Source: Candidatus Latescibacterota bacterium
Lineage (GTDB): Bacteria; Latescibacterota; UBA2968; GCA-2709665
DNA: 64,000 nt
Assembly (NCBI GenBank): GCA_965203805.1
Contig: OZ241917.1
Location: forward strand, 544,001 to 608,000
Direction of reading: 5' to 3'
Part shown: piece by piece, positions 29,951-39,126 of the stretch
Numbering within the stretch: the stretch's first letter is position 1
Layout: each line of letters opens with the position of its first letter
Made by a program: the position numbers and the translations under genes
Notes under the pieces: model-generated
Databases searched by the model: none
The model's input: only the letters and a program-made list of their open reading frames with translations
Told to the model about the DNA's origin: nothing

Positions 29951-31150
29951 ATGGGATATCTGGTCGACCTGGAGTGTACCCGTTGCGGAAGGACCCATGA
30001 AAGTCAAAGACTCTGGAATCTGAGCGCTTGCTGCGAGGCGCCGCTTTTTGCCAGGTACGATCTGGAGAAAGCGTCGAGATCCGTCAATAGAGCGGATCTG
30101 GCGGGACGGGAGGCGACAATGTGGCGGTACGAGGAGGTCCTGCCCGTGGAACACGCCGCGTACCGCGTAAGCCTGGGCGAGGGGTTCACACCGCTGCTGA
30201 AGGTCGAGGCCCTGGGAAGCCGGATCGGTTTGCGCGACCTGTACGTTAAGGATGAGGGGGTCAATCCAACCGGCTCGTTCAAGGCGCGCGGGCTGTCGGC
30301 GGCGATTTCCAGGGCGGCGGAGCTGGGGGCGGCGGCAGTGGCCATTCCGTCCGCAGGGAACGCAGGCGGCGCAACCGCAGCCTACGCGGCGCGTGCGGGA
30401 CTGCCCGCATATGTCTTCATGCCGGTGGATGTTCCGGCGGCGAACACGGTGGAATGCGAGCGCCTGGGCGCGCACGTGACGCTTGTGAACGGGTTGATTA
30501 CGGATTGCGGGAGGATGGTGGCCGATCGCAAGGCCGATGAGGGTTGGTTCGACGTCTCAACGCTCAAAGAGCCGTATCGGGTGGAAGGGAAAAAGACGAT
30601 GGGTTATGAACTTGCCGAGCAGCTGGGCTGGGAATTGCCGGACGTCGTTCTGTACCCCACCGGTGGCGGCACGGGTCTGATCGGCATGTGGAAGGCGTTT
30701 GACGAAATGGAAGCCATGGGGTGGATCGGCGCGGCTCGTCCCAGGATGGTGGCGGTTCAGGCCGCCGGCTGTGCGCCCATCGTCAGGGCATACGAGGCCG
30801 GCGCCGAGTCGGCCGAAACCTGGGACGGCGCGGAAACCGTCGCGTCCGGACTGCGGGTTCCGGGCGCCGTGGGCGACTTTCTGATGCTTCGGGCCATCCG
30901 GGAAAGCAACGGCACGGCCGTTGCCGTCACCGATGACGCGTTGTTGGGGTGCGTCGAGGAAATGGCTTCGTCGACCGGTATCTTCCCGGCCCCGGAAGGT
31001 GCGGCGACGCTTGCCGGGCTGAAACAGCTCGTCTCGGACGGGTGGGTAACCCCTGCGGACCGGGTGGTACTCTTCAATACCGGAACCGGGTTGAAATATA
31101 TCGAGGCCATTGAGTCGTTTGAAGAACTTCCCCGGACGCGGATCGGATGA
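29951..31150 (+). CDS. thrC: Threonine synthase (PLP-dependent)
   Basis: SLGEGFTPL, NPTGSFKARG (PLP Lys), SAGNAG, EGKKT, YPTGGGTG, FNTGTGLKY. Confidence 0.88.
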   Translation: MGYLVDLECTRCGRTHESQRLWNLSACCEAPLFARYDLEKASRSVNRADLAGREATMWRYEEVLPVEHAAYRVSLGEGFTPLLKVEALGSRIGLRDLYVKDEGVNPTGSFKARGLSAAISRAAELGAAAVAIPSAGNAGGATAAYAARAGLPAYVFMPVDVPAANTVECERLGAHVTLVNGLITDCGRMVADRKADEGWFDVSTLKEPYRVEGKKTMGYELAEQLGWELPDVVLYPTGGGTGLIGMWKAFDEMEAMGWIGAARPRMVAVQAAGCAPIVRAYEAGAESAETWDGAETVASGLRVPGAVGDFLMLRAIRESNGTAVAVTDDALLGCVEEMASSTGIFPAPEGAATLAGLKQLVSDGWVTPADRVVLFNTGTGLKYIEAIESFEELPRTRIG

Positions 31151-31232
31151 GTGTTCGTGGCGAGTCGCGCCGTCCGCACCCGTCGACCGGATTGAACCAC
31201 GGCGAAATCGCAGGACAGGAGGCGCTCACGCG

Positions 31233-31622
31233 ATGAAGAAGAGGACGATCGGAAAATTCCAGAGTTTCGTTCTCGAGGCAGACGACACGGTCGTGCTGAT
31301 GGGTAACCTGAAGGCCCATGCGGACTTCCTGGCGCGTCTCGGATTCAGCCGGCACCCCGAAACCGGCGAGTTTATCGGAACGGGCGCCAATCTTTACGCC
31401 ATGGCGCCAGACGATTTCTACGATCGGTTCAGTGCGCGCACGGGCGCGGACCCGGAACTGACCGCGCAGGCTCACGACGGCGAGGATTTCTACCAGATCG
31501 ACGGGTTGCCGCTGGCCGCGGCCCATGCCGACGGCGAGCCGTATATCGAGGCAATTACGGCCGTGGATATCGAGACCCGGGTGTATATCGAGCAGGGAGT
31601 GGCGAACTTCAGGGTCGGGTAG
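31233..31622 (+). CDS. Hypothetical protein (129 aa)
   Basis: AGGAGG RBS, ATG 31233, acidic globular sequence with coding-like GC3. Confidence 0.75.
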   Translation: MKKRTIGKFQSFVLEADDTVVLMGNLKAHADFLARLGFSRHPETGEFIGTGANLYAMAPDDFYDRFSARTGADPELTAQAHDGEDFYQIDGLPLAAAHADGEPYIEAITAVDIETRVYIEQGVANFRVG

Positions 31623-31633
31623 GCGCGTACCTG

Positions 31634-32959
31634 TTACGCATTCAGGTATTCGAGCGCAAGCGCTGCTGCCCGGTATCCGCTTTCCACCGCGCTTTCGACG
31701 GTGGCCGGCAGGCCGGTGTCAGTCCAATCTCCCGCAATGTAGAGCCCGGGGGTCGTCGTGCGGTTGGGTGGGGGTGACTGGCCACCGGGAAGGGCGAAAG
31801 TGGCCTGTCGTTCACGAACAACCAGATGGTGCTCCAGCTGGTTTTGTCTCGTTGCGGGAAGAACGTCGTGCAGTTCCTCCAGCGCAATCTCCACAAGTCT
31901 ATCGTCCGGCTGGTCCACCAGCCGATCCGCGGCGCTTGCAACCAGGGTTACGTGCCCCGGCGACGCCCTGTCACGACCGTCGTAGAGCATCGGTTTGTTG
32001 AATATCCAGTCCAGGCGTCCCGAGAGCAGGCCGACGAAAGGCCTGTCGAGAACGGGCTCCTCGAACCAGAGATTGACCGAAAGGATCGGAGAAGGATAGA
32101 AGGTATTCAAGCGGGCCTTGAGATCTTCGAAGCCTGCCGGAAGGAGGCGGGCAAGTGCGGGCGGGGTGATTGCGCAGATTGCGGCATCCGCCGTCAATAC
32201 CGCGCCCGATCTCAGCCGGATTTCGATCTTTCCGACGTCGGGAATGTTCAGTGCCGCAACGGCATCGCCCACGCGACACCTGCCGCCGCGCCGCTGGATG
32301 AAGCTCCTGGCCGCCCCCGTATACATCGCGCTGAGTCCGACGCCCGCATAGCCCATCAGGTTCGAATCCCTGCCCCCGAGAAACGCCGATTTCAGTACGG
32401 ACGTCAGGTGGCGGGCCGGGGCCGCATCCGGTTGCTGATTCAGCGCGGAGACGCACAGCGGATCCCAGAACGCACGTCGAATGGCTGGCGATTGCCTGCA
32501 CGCCGCCAGCCAGTCGTTCACAGTAAGGCCCGGCGACGTCGGTTCGTTGAGGGCCGATCTGATGTGGCGCAGCCGGAGGACGTCCCCCGTGCCAACCGGC
32601 CTGTAACGCATAAAGCCGGCCAGCAGATTGAGGGGAGGCGGCAGTCGCCGGGGAAACGACAGGACGGTGGGCCCCGTGCCGGGTTGGGCAAAGTCCAGAC
32701 GGAACTCGTCCTGAAAACGCAAACGGTCCGCGGTCCCGATGGTCTCCAGAAATTCCCGGGTCTTGAAGTAACAGTTCATGAAGAGATGCTGGCCGTTATC
32801 CACCGTATCGCCCGTTGCGCGATCGGTGAACGAATACGCCCGCCCGCCCAGGTGTTTTCTGCGTTCGAACAGGCTGACGTCGCACGCGCCGTGCGCCGCG
32901 AGGCGAACACCCGCGGCCAGACCGGCAAAGCCGCCGCCGATGACGATCACGCGGCTCAT
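31634..32959 (-). CDS. hpnE: Hydroxysqualene dehydroxylase HpnE
   Basis: VIGGGFAGLAA, LGGRAYS, DNGQH, AGDWTDTGLPATVESAVESG; translationally coupled to hpnD. Confidence 0.92.
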   Translation of the reverse strand: MSRVIVIGGGFAGLAAGVRLAAHGACDVSLFERRKHLGGRAYSFTDRATGDTVDNGQHLFMNCYFKTREFLETIGTADRLRFQDEFRLDFAQPGTGPTVLSFPRRLPPPLNLLAGFMRYRPVGTGDVLRLRHIRSALNEPTSPGLTVNDWLAACRQSPAIRRAFWDPLCVSALNQQPDAAPARHLTSVLKSAFLGGRDSNLMGYAGVGLSAMYTGAARSFIQRRGGRCRVGDAVAALNIPDVGKIEIRLRSGAVLTADAAICAITPPALARLLPAGFEDLKARLNTFYPSPILSVNLWFEEPVLDRPFVGLLSGRLDWIFNKPMLYDGRDRASPGHVTLVASAADRLVDQPDDRLVEIALEELHDVLPATRQNQLEHHLVVRERQATFALPGGQSPPPNRTTTPGLYIAGDWTDTGLPATVESAVESGYRAAALALEYLNA

Positions 32960-33816
32960 ATCGGCTTCTCGTGCGTTCCGACCCGGCTGCGAAGACAGAA
33001 GTCCAGTGCGATGCCCAGCTTTTTCAGGTTGTTCACGCGAATCGGGTATTTGTAAACGTTGTAATTGACAGCTTCGATGCGGCTGAGAAGGCGGCTGTAG
33101 ATGCATCCCATTATTTCCGCCGGAAAGAGGCTTCGCCGATCTTCCTCGGGCAGACATTCCGCCGCTTTCCTGTAATAGCCCCATGCCCGCCGGCACTGGT
33201 ATTCCATCAGGTTGCGAAACCCGGAAGTGGAGACCCCGGCGAAAAGGTCTCTTTCCGTGTAGTCGAATCGTCTCAGATCTTCCAGCGGCAGATAAATGCG
33301 ATCACTCATCGCGTCGGATTTAATGTCCCGAAGGATGTTGGTGAGTTGGAGAGCGATCCCGAGGTTGACCGCGTAGTCCTGAGACGCCCGTTTGGTGTAT
33401 CCGAAGATTTCAATGCAGATGAGACCGACGATGGAGGCGACGCGGTAACAATATTCGTACAATTCGCCGAAGGTCTGGTAGCGGTTTTTGACAAGGTCCA
33501 TCTCTACGCCGTCGATCAGCTCGAGGAAGTGTTCCTTCGGGATATTGAAATGCTTCAGGGCTTTGTGAAGGTTGGCGGTAATCGGGTGCTGCGGTTCGCC
33601 GTCGAAGCAGGCTTGGGTTTCGGCGCGCCAGCTCGACAGGTTTCGGGCTGCGGATTCCCGGGAAGGCGCGTCGTCGACCAGGTCGTCGGTGTGGCGGCTG
33701 AAGGCGTACGTGGCAATGATGGCGTCACGCTTGGTTCTGGGCAGGAAAACGAACGCGTAGTAAAAGTTACTCTGCGCCTTGCGCACGAGCGCCGAGGTGT
33801 AGGATCTGATATTCAT
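32956..33816 (-). CDS. hpnD: Presqualene diphosphate synthase HpnD
   Basis: SNFYYAF, DDLVD, YCYRVASIVG, LQLTNILRDIKSD, RIYLP. Confidence 0.9.
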   Translation of the reverse strand: MNIRSYTSALVRKAQSNFYYAFVFLPRTKRDAIIATYAFSRHTDDLVDDAPSRESAARNLSSWRAETQACFDGEPQHPITANLHKALKHFNIPKEHFLELIDGVEMDLVKNRYQTFGELYEYCYRVASIVGLICIEIFGYTKRASQDYAVNLGIALQLTNILRDIKSDAMSDRIYLPLEDLRRFDYTERDLFAGVSTSGFRNLMEYQCRRAWGYYRKAAECLPEEDRRSLFPAEIMGCIYSRLLSRIEAVNYNVYKYPIRVNNLKKLGIALDFCLRSRVGTHEKPI

Positions 33817-34742
33817 ACGGCAGGCGAACGGGAATCGCGGCTCCGTCGCGGATTCCAGAATAGGGCGTGGAAAAACAGACCGACAATATCCCTTTTTTCA
33901 ATGGTCGGGCGTGGACGGAAAATGTCGTAGTCATTGGCGCGGATTTTGTCGAGGATCTTCAAGCCGCCCAGGCAGGTCAGCCGGAGTTCGTATTTGAGCC
34001 GGCCGGATACGAGGTCCGGCAGTTCGGACCCCTTCTCGAACAGGGTTCTGGTGCGGTCGACCTCACAGGCCATCAGGGCTTTGAAGCCGTCCGTGAGCCG
34101 CTGTCGGGCCAGGTCGCTCTCTGTGACGCCGAACCGGTCCATGTCGTCCTGGGGCAGGTAGATGCGCCCGCGGCAGAAGTCGATTGCAGCGTCCTGCCAG
34201 AAGTTGGCCAGCTGGAGTGCCGTACAGATCAAGTCTGAATGATACCGCCGGCGTTCGTCCGAATGGGAAAACAGATGCAGAATGAGGCGACCCACCGGCG
34301 CTGCGGAGTACCGGCAGTAGGCCAGCAGATGGTTGAACGTCCGGTGCCTGTTCGTGATCACGTCCATCTTGAACGCATGGAGCAGATCGTGCAGATGTTG
34401 GCGGGGGATCCGCTGCGAACGGATCGTCTCGCCCAGGGCCGTCAGAATTGGGCCTTCCGGTGAATCCGTACACCTGGCGAGCTTCGCGTCCCAGTCGTCC
34501 AGCCGCCGTGTGCGTTCGACAGGGTCCAGGCCGGGTTCGTCGGCCCAGTCGTCGGCCGTGCGCGCAAAGGCATAGATGCTGTAGACATGCGGTCGTATCC
34601 TGGCGGGGATGAGGCGGGAACCCACCGGAAAATTCTCGTAGTGGCTTCGTGTCAACGACTCGCAATAGGCGAAGGCGTCCGCGAGTGACGCACTTGAATT
34701 TGCGCGCGTCTGTGAGGCCGCTCGTCCGGTATCGGGTTCCAT
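33813..34742 (-). CDS. hpnC: Hydroxysqualene synthase HpnC
   Basis: HYENFPVGS, YAFARTADDWADE, YCRYSAAPVGR, ICTALQLANFWQD. Start placed at 34742. Confidence 0.92.
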   Translation of the reverse strand: MEPDTGRAASQTRANSSASLADAFAYCESLTRSHYENFPVGSRLIPARIRPHVYSIYAFARTADDWADEPGLDPVERTRRLDDWDAKLARCTDSPEGPILTALGETIRSQRIPRQHLHDLLHAFKMDVITNRHRTFNHLLAYCRYSAAPVGRLILHLFSHSDERRRYHSDLICTALQLANFWQDAAIDFCRGRIYLPQDDMDRFGVTESDLARQRLTDGFKALMACEVDRTRTLFEKGSELPDLVSGRLKYELRLTCLGGLKILDKIRANDYDIFRPRPTIEKRDIVGLFFHALFWNPRRSRDSRSPAV

Positions 34743-34838
34743 GCAAAAAAGATAATTGAAATGATTCGACTCCGCCAGCCCTTGTATCCGAGAAGAAGCG
34801 GGTTCTGACGGTATGCTTTTGGCAAAGGGGACTCCTGA

Positions 34839-35450
34839 ATGAACGAACGAACGCGCGCGTCCACACGGCCTCGGGTGATACCACCGGCAAGAGATGACGA
34901 GAAGCAACACCAGGTCCACGTCTATTTCGGGTACGGCAAGGGGAAGACGACGTGTTGTGTGGGGTTGGCAATCCGTGTCCTGGGCGCCGGCGGGCGAGTC
35001 GCACTCGTACAGTTCGACAAGGGGTACGACGGAGAAGACGAACATTACTCGGAGCGGCACGTGTTGCGGGAACTGGACGGCGTCGAGTTGCATCCCACGG
35101 GATGTGAGCGCATGATGCCGGACGGGACGTTTCGATTCGGCGCGGAGCCGCAGGACATTGCGGAGGCCCGGCGCGGGCTCGGCATCGCCCGGGAGCGGCT
35201 GCTGGACGGCACGCTGGATCTGCTGATTCTGGACGAGGTCCTGGCCGCAGTCGCCTATGGACTGCTGCAGCGGCCGGACGTGATGGGTCTTCTGGACCTG
35301 TACGACGAAGACCGCCGGTGCGAACTGGTGCTTTCAGGGCACAAGGTCTGGGACGCGCTCGTCGCCCGTGTTGATCTGGCGACCGAGATGCGCAAGGTGA
35401 AGCACTACTACGCGAAAGGGGTTCCCGCAAGGAAGGGAATCGAATTCTAG
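34839..35450 (+). CDS. cobO: Cob(I)yrinic acid a,c-diamide adenosyltransferase (CobO/BtuR)
   Basis: YFGYGKGKTT, VQFDKG, LILDEV, ELVLSG, TEMRKVKHYYAKGVPARKGIEF. Confidence 0.9.
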   Translation: MNERTRASTRPRVIPPARDDEKQHQVHVYFGYGKGKTTCCVGLAIRVLGAGGRVALVQFDKGYDGEDEHYSERHVLRELDGVELHPTGCERMMPDGTFRFGAEPQDIAEARRGLGIARERLLDGTLDLLILDEVLAAVAYGLLQRPDVMGLLDLYDEDRRCELVLSGHKVWDALVARVDLATEMRKVKHYYAKGVPARKGIEF

Positions 35451-35640
35451 TGTGCTGAGGGGTGGCCACGAGAGCCGCAACCGGTGTGCATCCGTTGCCG
35501 GCAACGGGTCCCTGGGAGGCTCGAAGGAATGCCGGTCGCCGGCGGCAGAGAGGCTTTTTTGTGCCGAGGGTATCGGGAAAGTATTTGTTTCACGCTGCCT
35601 GCGCATTTATCTTGGGGCCGTTTCGAATTCTGCGTTGTGG

Positions 35641-35688
35641 TCCAGAAAAAAGACCCCCGGATCTATGTTCCTGAGGTCTTTTTTTGGA
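35641..35688. terminator. Bidirectional intrinsic terminator
   Basis: TCCAG-A6-GACC...GGTC-T7-GGA inverted repeat with A tract before and T tract after. Confidence 0.8.
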
Positions 35689-35841
35689 TAGAATCAGGCG
35701 ATCCGTTCAATCGTCGCCCGGCGCTCGAACCTCGAGCCGTTCAAAGCGGTTCACGCGTTCCACGACCCCCTGAATCCGGTTCCCTTCAGCCCTGCGCGAG
35801 GATCCGGTGCCGATTGTCCAGAATTGGAGTGATACCCGCGA

Positions 35842-38241
35842 ATGCTGGACAACAATCTCATTCCCGACAGCCGGGTCGGGATCATCGGAACTGCCGCGCC
35901 CGACGTCGCGTCCCTCTGGGACGGCAACATGGAAACCGCGGTAAAATGGCCGTCTGTGTCCGGAGAATGTGGGTTCGAGGTCCGGTTCGACGGCCATTTC
36001 GATTGTCAGGCGGTGGTGCTGAGGTGGCAGGCGATGCCCGCGGACTACGATGTCGCCGTCCGCACGTCACATACGTGGCAGGCGGTGGATGCGGTTCGAA
36101 ACAACGTGGTACTCGGGCCCAGGGTGAAACTGCATCTGCTCGAAGATGTCCGGACCGACGGGCTGCGGGTCCGGATATTGCAACCCGTAGGCGAAGACCT
36201 GCACGGCAGAAAGGCAGACCCGGGCGGAGCTGTCGCTCTGTACGGGGTGGAGGCGTATGCCGCGAATCGTCTACCGGCATATATCCAGTCATTTCTGGAT
36301 CGGGACTCCCCGGGTCTGGTGACCATCCAGGACGGACGGTCGCGGCGCTGCCGCGAGACGCCGGACCCTTCCCTGTTGGATGCCTCGGTCCCCATCTGGG
36401 AGCCCATCCCGAAGCGGCTTTACAACGGGCAGCAGACAGGGCGGGAGGTCAACGAAAAGGATTCCGCGAGACGCGCGGCGCTTCAGGGTTGCGCCAATGC
36501 CTTTGCAACAACGGGCGACCCGCGGTATGCCTTGAAGGCGCGGGAGGGTTTGCTGGCAAACATAGCCCATTATGACCGGTACCAGTCGTTCCGGTTCACC
36601 GGAATAGACTGGAAAGCCGTCACCTTCCAGGATCCGGCGTATAACCTGAGGGAGATGATGGGGGCGTACGACCTGCTCGTCGGGTCACCGCACCTTGGGT
36701 TTACGGATCGACTGCGTTTCCTGTTTTTTCTGTTGGATCTTGGCGAGTTCCAGTACCTGGCGATGAGGGACCGGTTCGTCGCGCGCGAGAACTGGGCCTC
36801 CTGTTCTCTGGCAGAGATGGTCTTTCTGGCGTACTATCTGCAGGGCTTTCCGGAGGCGCGCCGATGGCTGAAGTTGGCCGATGAGCTGTACGGGTCCTGT
36901 TTCGAGCCCTTCCTGGACGATGGATACTGGTGGGAATGTTCGCCTTCGCACACGGTTTACATGATCCGGGGGATGTGCAGGTACGCGCTGGGCAGGCATC
37001 TGTTGGGAGACCCGATGTGGTCGAAAGCGTACAACGGGAAGTCGCTGGAGTACGTTCTCGAGGCGTTGTGCAAGACCATGACACCCTTTGGGGAGATCCC
37101 ATCCATCAACGACTCCAACGGGAACGACGGCCGTCTGCTGACGGACTATCCGGAACTCCGGGTACCGCTTTACCTGATCGGGCGCGGGGACCTGTTGCGG
37201 ATGGCGGGGGACACCGGGCCGGCGCCGTCCATGCGCGGGGTAGCGATCAAGCCCGTCCGGCAGGAGGATCCTCCCTATTCCTCGGCGATGTTGCCCGACG
37301 CCGGGCTGGCGGTGATGCGCGACGGGTGGACCCGGGAAGACGCGTATCTGATTCTCGATTTCGGGCCTCACGGAGGCGGACACGGGCACCCCGACAAGCT
37401 GAGCTTCGTGATGTTCGCCAACGGGCACCACTGGATTCCGGACGCATCGAATTCGCCGCATTACAGCATCTTCCCGGAGCAGCACACTTGGCACAAGCAG
37501 ACCATTTCGCACAATACCGTGCTGGTGAATGACCGGAGCCAGAACGAGTGCACCGGTCAACTGGTATTCTGGCACACCGATGGCGACATCGATATCGTCA
37601 GCGCGAATCATAGCGAAGGCTACGAAGGCGTCGTGCACCGCCGTACAATCGTCCATCCGCGGCGTGGATATTTTCTCATCCACGACGTACTCGATACCGA
37701 AGGCGACGGATTCGACCTGGACTGGCTGTTGCACGTCAATGGCGAGGTCGAATCGCAGGCGTCCGGCCGGGTGTGCTTCCGAAACGGGAATGGAAATCAA
37801 CGGCTGTTGTGGCTTTCTGAAGATATCGGATCCGCGCCTCTGCCCGTTCACCGCGGCCTGTGCGGCGGATTTCGGAAGCGGGCCTGGAAAGGCCGGGGGT
37901 ACCCGCCCAAAGGGGGGCCGGGCTGGGTCTATATTCCGTATTTCCGCCTGCCGAAGCGGATTGAGCCGGGCGGCGGACGCGCCGAGTATTTCTGCGTTCT
38001 GTATCCATTTGCCGGACACGTACCGGACGTGGTCGTCGACCGCGTCGTCGACGGGCAGGGGCGGGCGTCCGGAATCAGAATCGCCCACGAAGGCATAGTG
38101 GATGTCTACGCCGGCGCCGCGCCAGGCTACGACGCCGGACGGCATGGCGCCTTTATGTGCGGCGATATAACCGGACGTTCCAGAGCCGTATTCGAGCGGC
38201 GGGCCGAGACAGGCGCGGTCTATCGCAAGGAATGCGACTGA
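35842..38241 (+). CDS. Heparinase II/III-family lyase-like protein with N-terminal discoidin/CBM-like module
   Basis: LWDGNMET N-terminal module; ENW, DDGYWWECSPSH, PSINDS, GLAVMRDGW, DFGPHGGGHGHPDKL, SHNTVLVN. Confidence 0.83.
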   Translation: MLDNNLIPDSRVGIIGTAAPDVASLWDGNMETAVKWPSVSGECGFEVRFDGHFDCQAVVLRWQAMPADYDVAVRTSHTWQAVDAVRNNVVLGPRVKLHLLEDVRTDGLRVRILQPVGEDLHGRKADPGGAVALYGVEAYAANRLPAYIQSFLDRDSPGLVTIQDGRSRRCRETPDPSLLDASVPIWEPIPKRLYNGQQTGREVNEKDSARRAALQGCANAFATTGDPRYALKAREGLLANIAHYDRYQSFRFTGIDWKAVTFQDPAYNLREMMGAYDLLVGSPHLGFTDRLRFLFFLLDLGEFQYLAMRDRFVARENWASCSLAEMVFLAYYLQGFPEARRWLKLADELYGSCFEPFLDDGYWWECSPSHTVYMIRGMCRYALGRHLLGDPMWSKAYNGKSLEYVLEALCKTMTPFGEIPSINDSNGNDGRLLTDYPELRVPLYLIGRGDLLRMAGDTGPAPSMRGVAIKPVRQEDPPYSSAMLPDAGLAVMRDGWTREDAYLILDFGPHGGGHGHPDKLSFVMFANGHHWIPDASNSPHYSIFPEQHTWHKQTISHNTVLVNDRSQNECTGQLVFWHTDGDIDIVSANHSEGYEGVVHRRTIVHPRRGYFLIHDVLDTEGDGFDLDWLLHVNGEVESQASGRVCFRNGNGNQRLLWLSEDIGSAPLPVHRGLCGGFRKRAWKGRGYPPKGGPGWVYIPYFRLPKRIEPGGGRAEYFCVLYPFAGHVPDVVVDRVVDGQGRASGIRIAHEGIVDVYAGAAPGYDAGRHGAFMCGDITGRSRAVFERRAETGAVYRKECD

Positions 38242-38331
38242 TCGCCCGGCGGGCTTCGGGGTACGCTCGGAGGTGTTCCGAAGGGCAAAGCGCCGGTTTG
38301 GCCCGGGAGGGGCCGGCCGCGGGAGAGGAGG

Positions 38332-39126
38332 ATGTGCGTTTTGGACAGCGAACACGTTTTTGCAGGGCTGGACGGCCGGCAGCGGCCCGGAAAGCCCCGC
38401 GATACAGGGTTGACCATGATGGTGGACTGGGGTCTTGGGTCGGGGGCGCAGTCTGATTTGATTGAGACCGCGGCCCCCTTTTTTGATTTCGCGAAGGTTG
38501 CCGTCGGCATTTCGAGGCTCCTGGCCAGCGATGTTCTCAAGACGAAAATACGTCGCTATCTGGATGCCGGAATCGAACCGTTTCCGGGGGGCCAGTACCT
38601 GGAATATGCCGAGGTTCAAGGAAAGGCGGACCTCTATCTTCCCGCTGTGGCCGCGGCCGGCTATCGCTGGGTCGAAGTGTCGGACAACCTGGCGGTGGTG
38701 AGCCACGAATGGAAGCTGAAGATGATCCGGCAGGCGGTTTCTTCATATGGACTGATGGTGTTGGGGGAAGTAGGGCAGAAGGAGGGATTGGACGCCGGCA
38801 TTCCCCTCGCCGACGACGTTATGGCGAGTCTCGACGCGGGCTCTCGCATCGTTCTGCTGGAAGCGGCCGAACTGGTCGACGACGATGCCGACACGGCGAG
38901 GCAGGTGTCGCAGGCCGTGGAGGCCGCCGGTCTTGAAAACGTCATGTTCGAATTGCCGGGGCCATGGATCGCCGGGGTGAACCCGCACGACGTGCACCGG
39001 ATGCGGCGCACCCTGGTGGACCGGTACGGTCGGGAGGTGAACCTGGGCAACGTGCTGCCGGACGATCTGATGACACTGGAAGCCTATCGCCGGGGACTGG
39101 GCGTAAATGCGGGGAGTGACCAATGA
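38332..39126 (+). CDS. comA: Phosphosulfolactate synthase (ComA) family protein
   Basis: KPRDTGLTMMVDWG, DFAK, PGG, EVSD, EVGQK, FELP, VNLGNV, LEAYRRGL. Confidence 0.85.
   Translation: MCVLDSEHVFAGLDGRQRPGKPRDTGLTMMVDWGLGSGAQSDLIETAAPFFDFAKVAVGISRLLASDVLKTKIRRYLDAGIEPFPGGQYLEYAEVQGKADLYLPAVAAAGYRWVEVSDNLAVVSHEWKLKMIRQAVSSYGLMVLGEVGQKEGLDAGIPLADDVMASLDAGSRIVLLEAAELVDDDADTARQVSQAVEAAGLENVMFELPGPWIAGVNPHDVHRMRRTLVDRYGREVNLGNVLPDDLMTLEAYRRGLGVNAGSDQ

Noticed and set aside
29817-30023. Paired small ORFs beginning MHIFELTSP (also 45596-45787)
   Set aside because: The shared N-termini come from the repeated element; TTG starts without an RBS, running out of frame into real genes.
35770-35800. - strand GCTGAAGGGAACCGGATTCAGG as a TPP, cobalamin or c-di-AMP riboswitch near cobO
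   Set aside because: Only fragments match; the other conserved cores are absent and the position is not upstream of cobO. Kept only as an unassigned RNA candidate.
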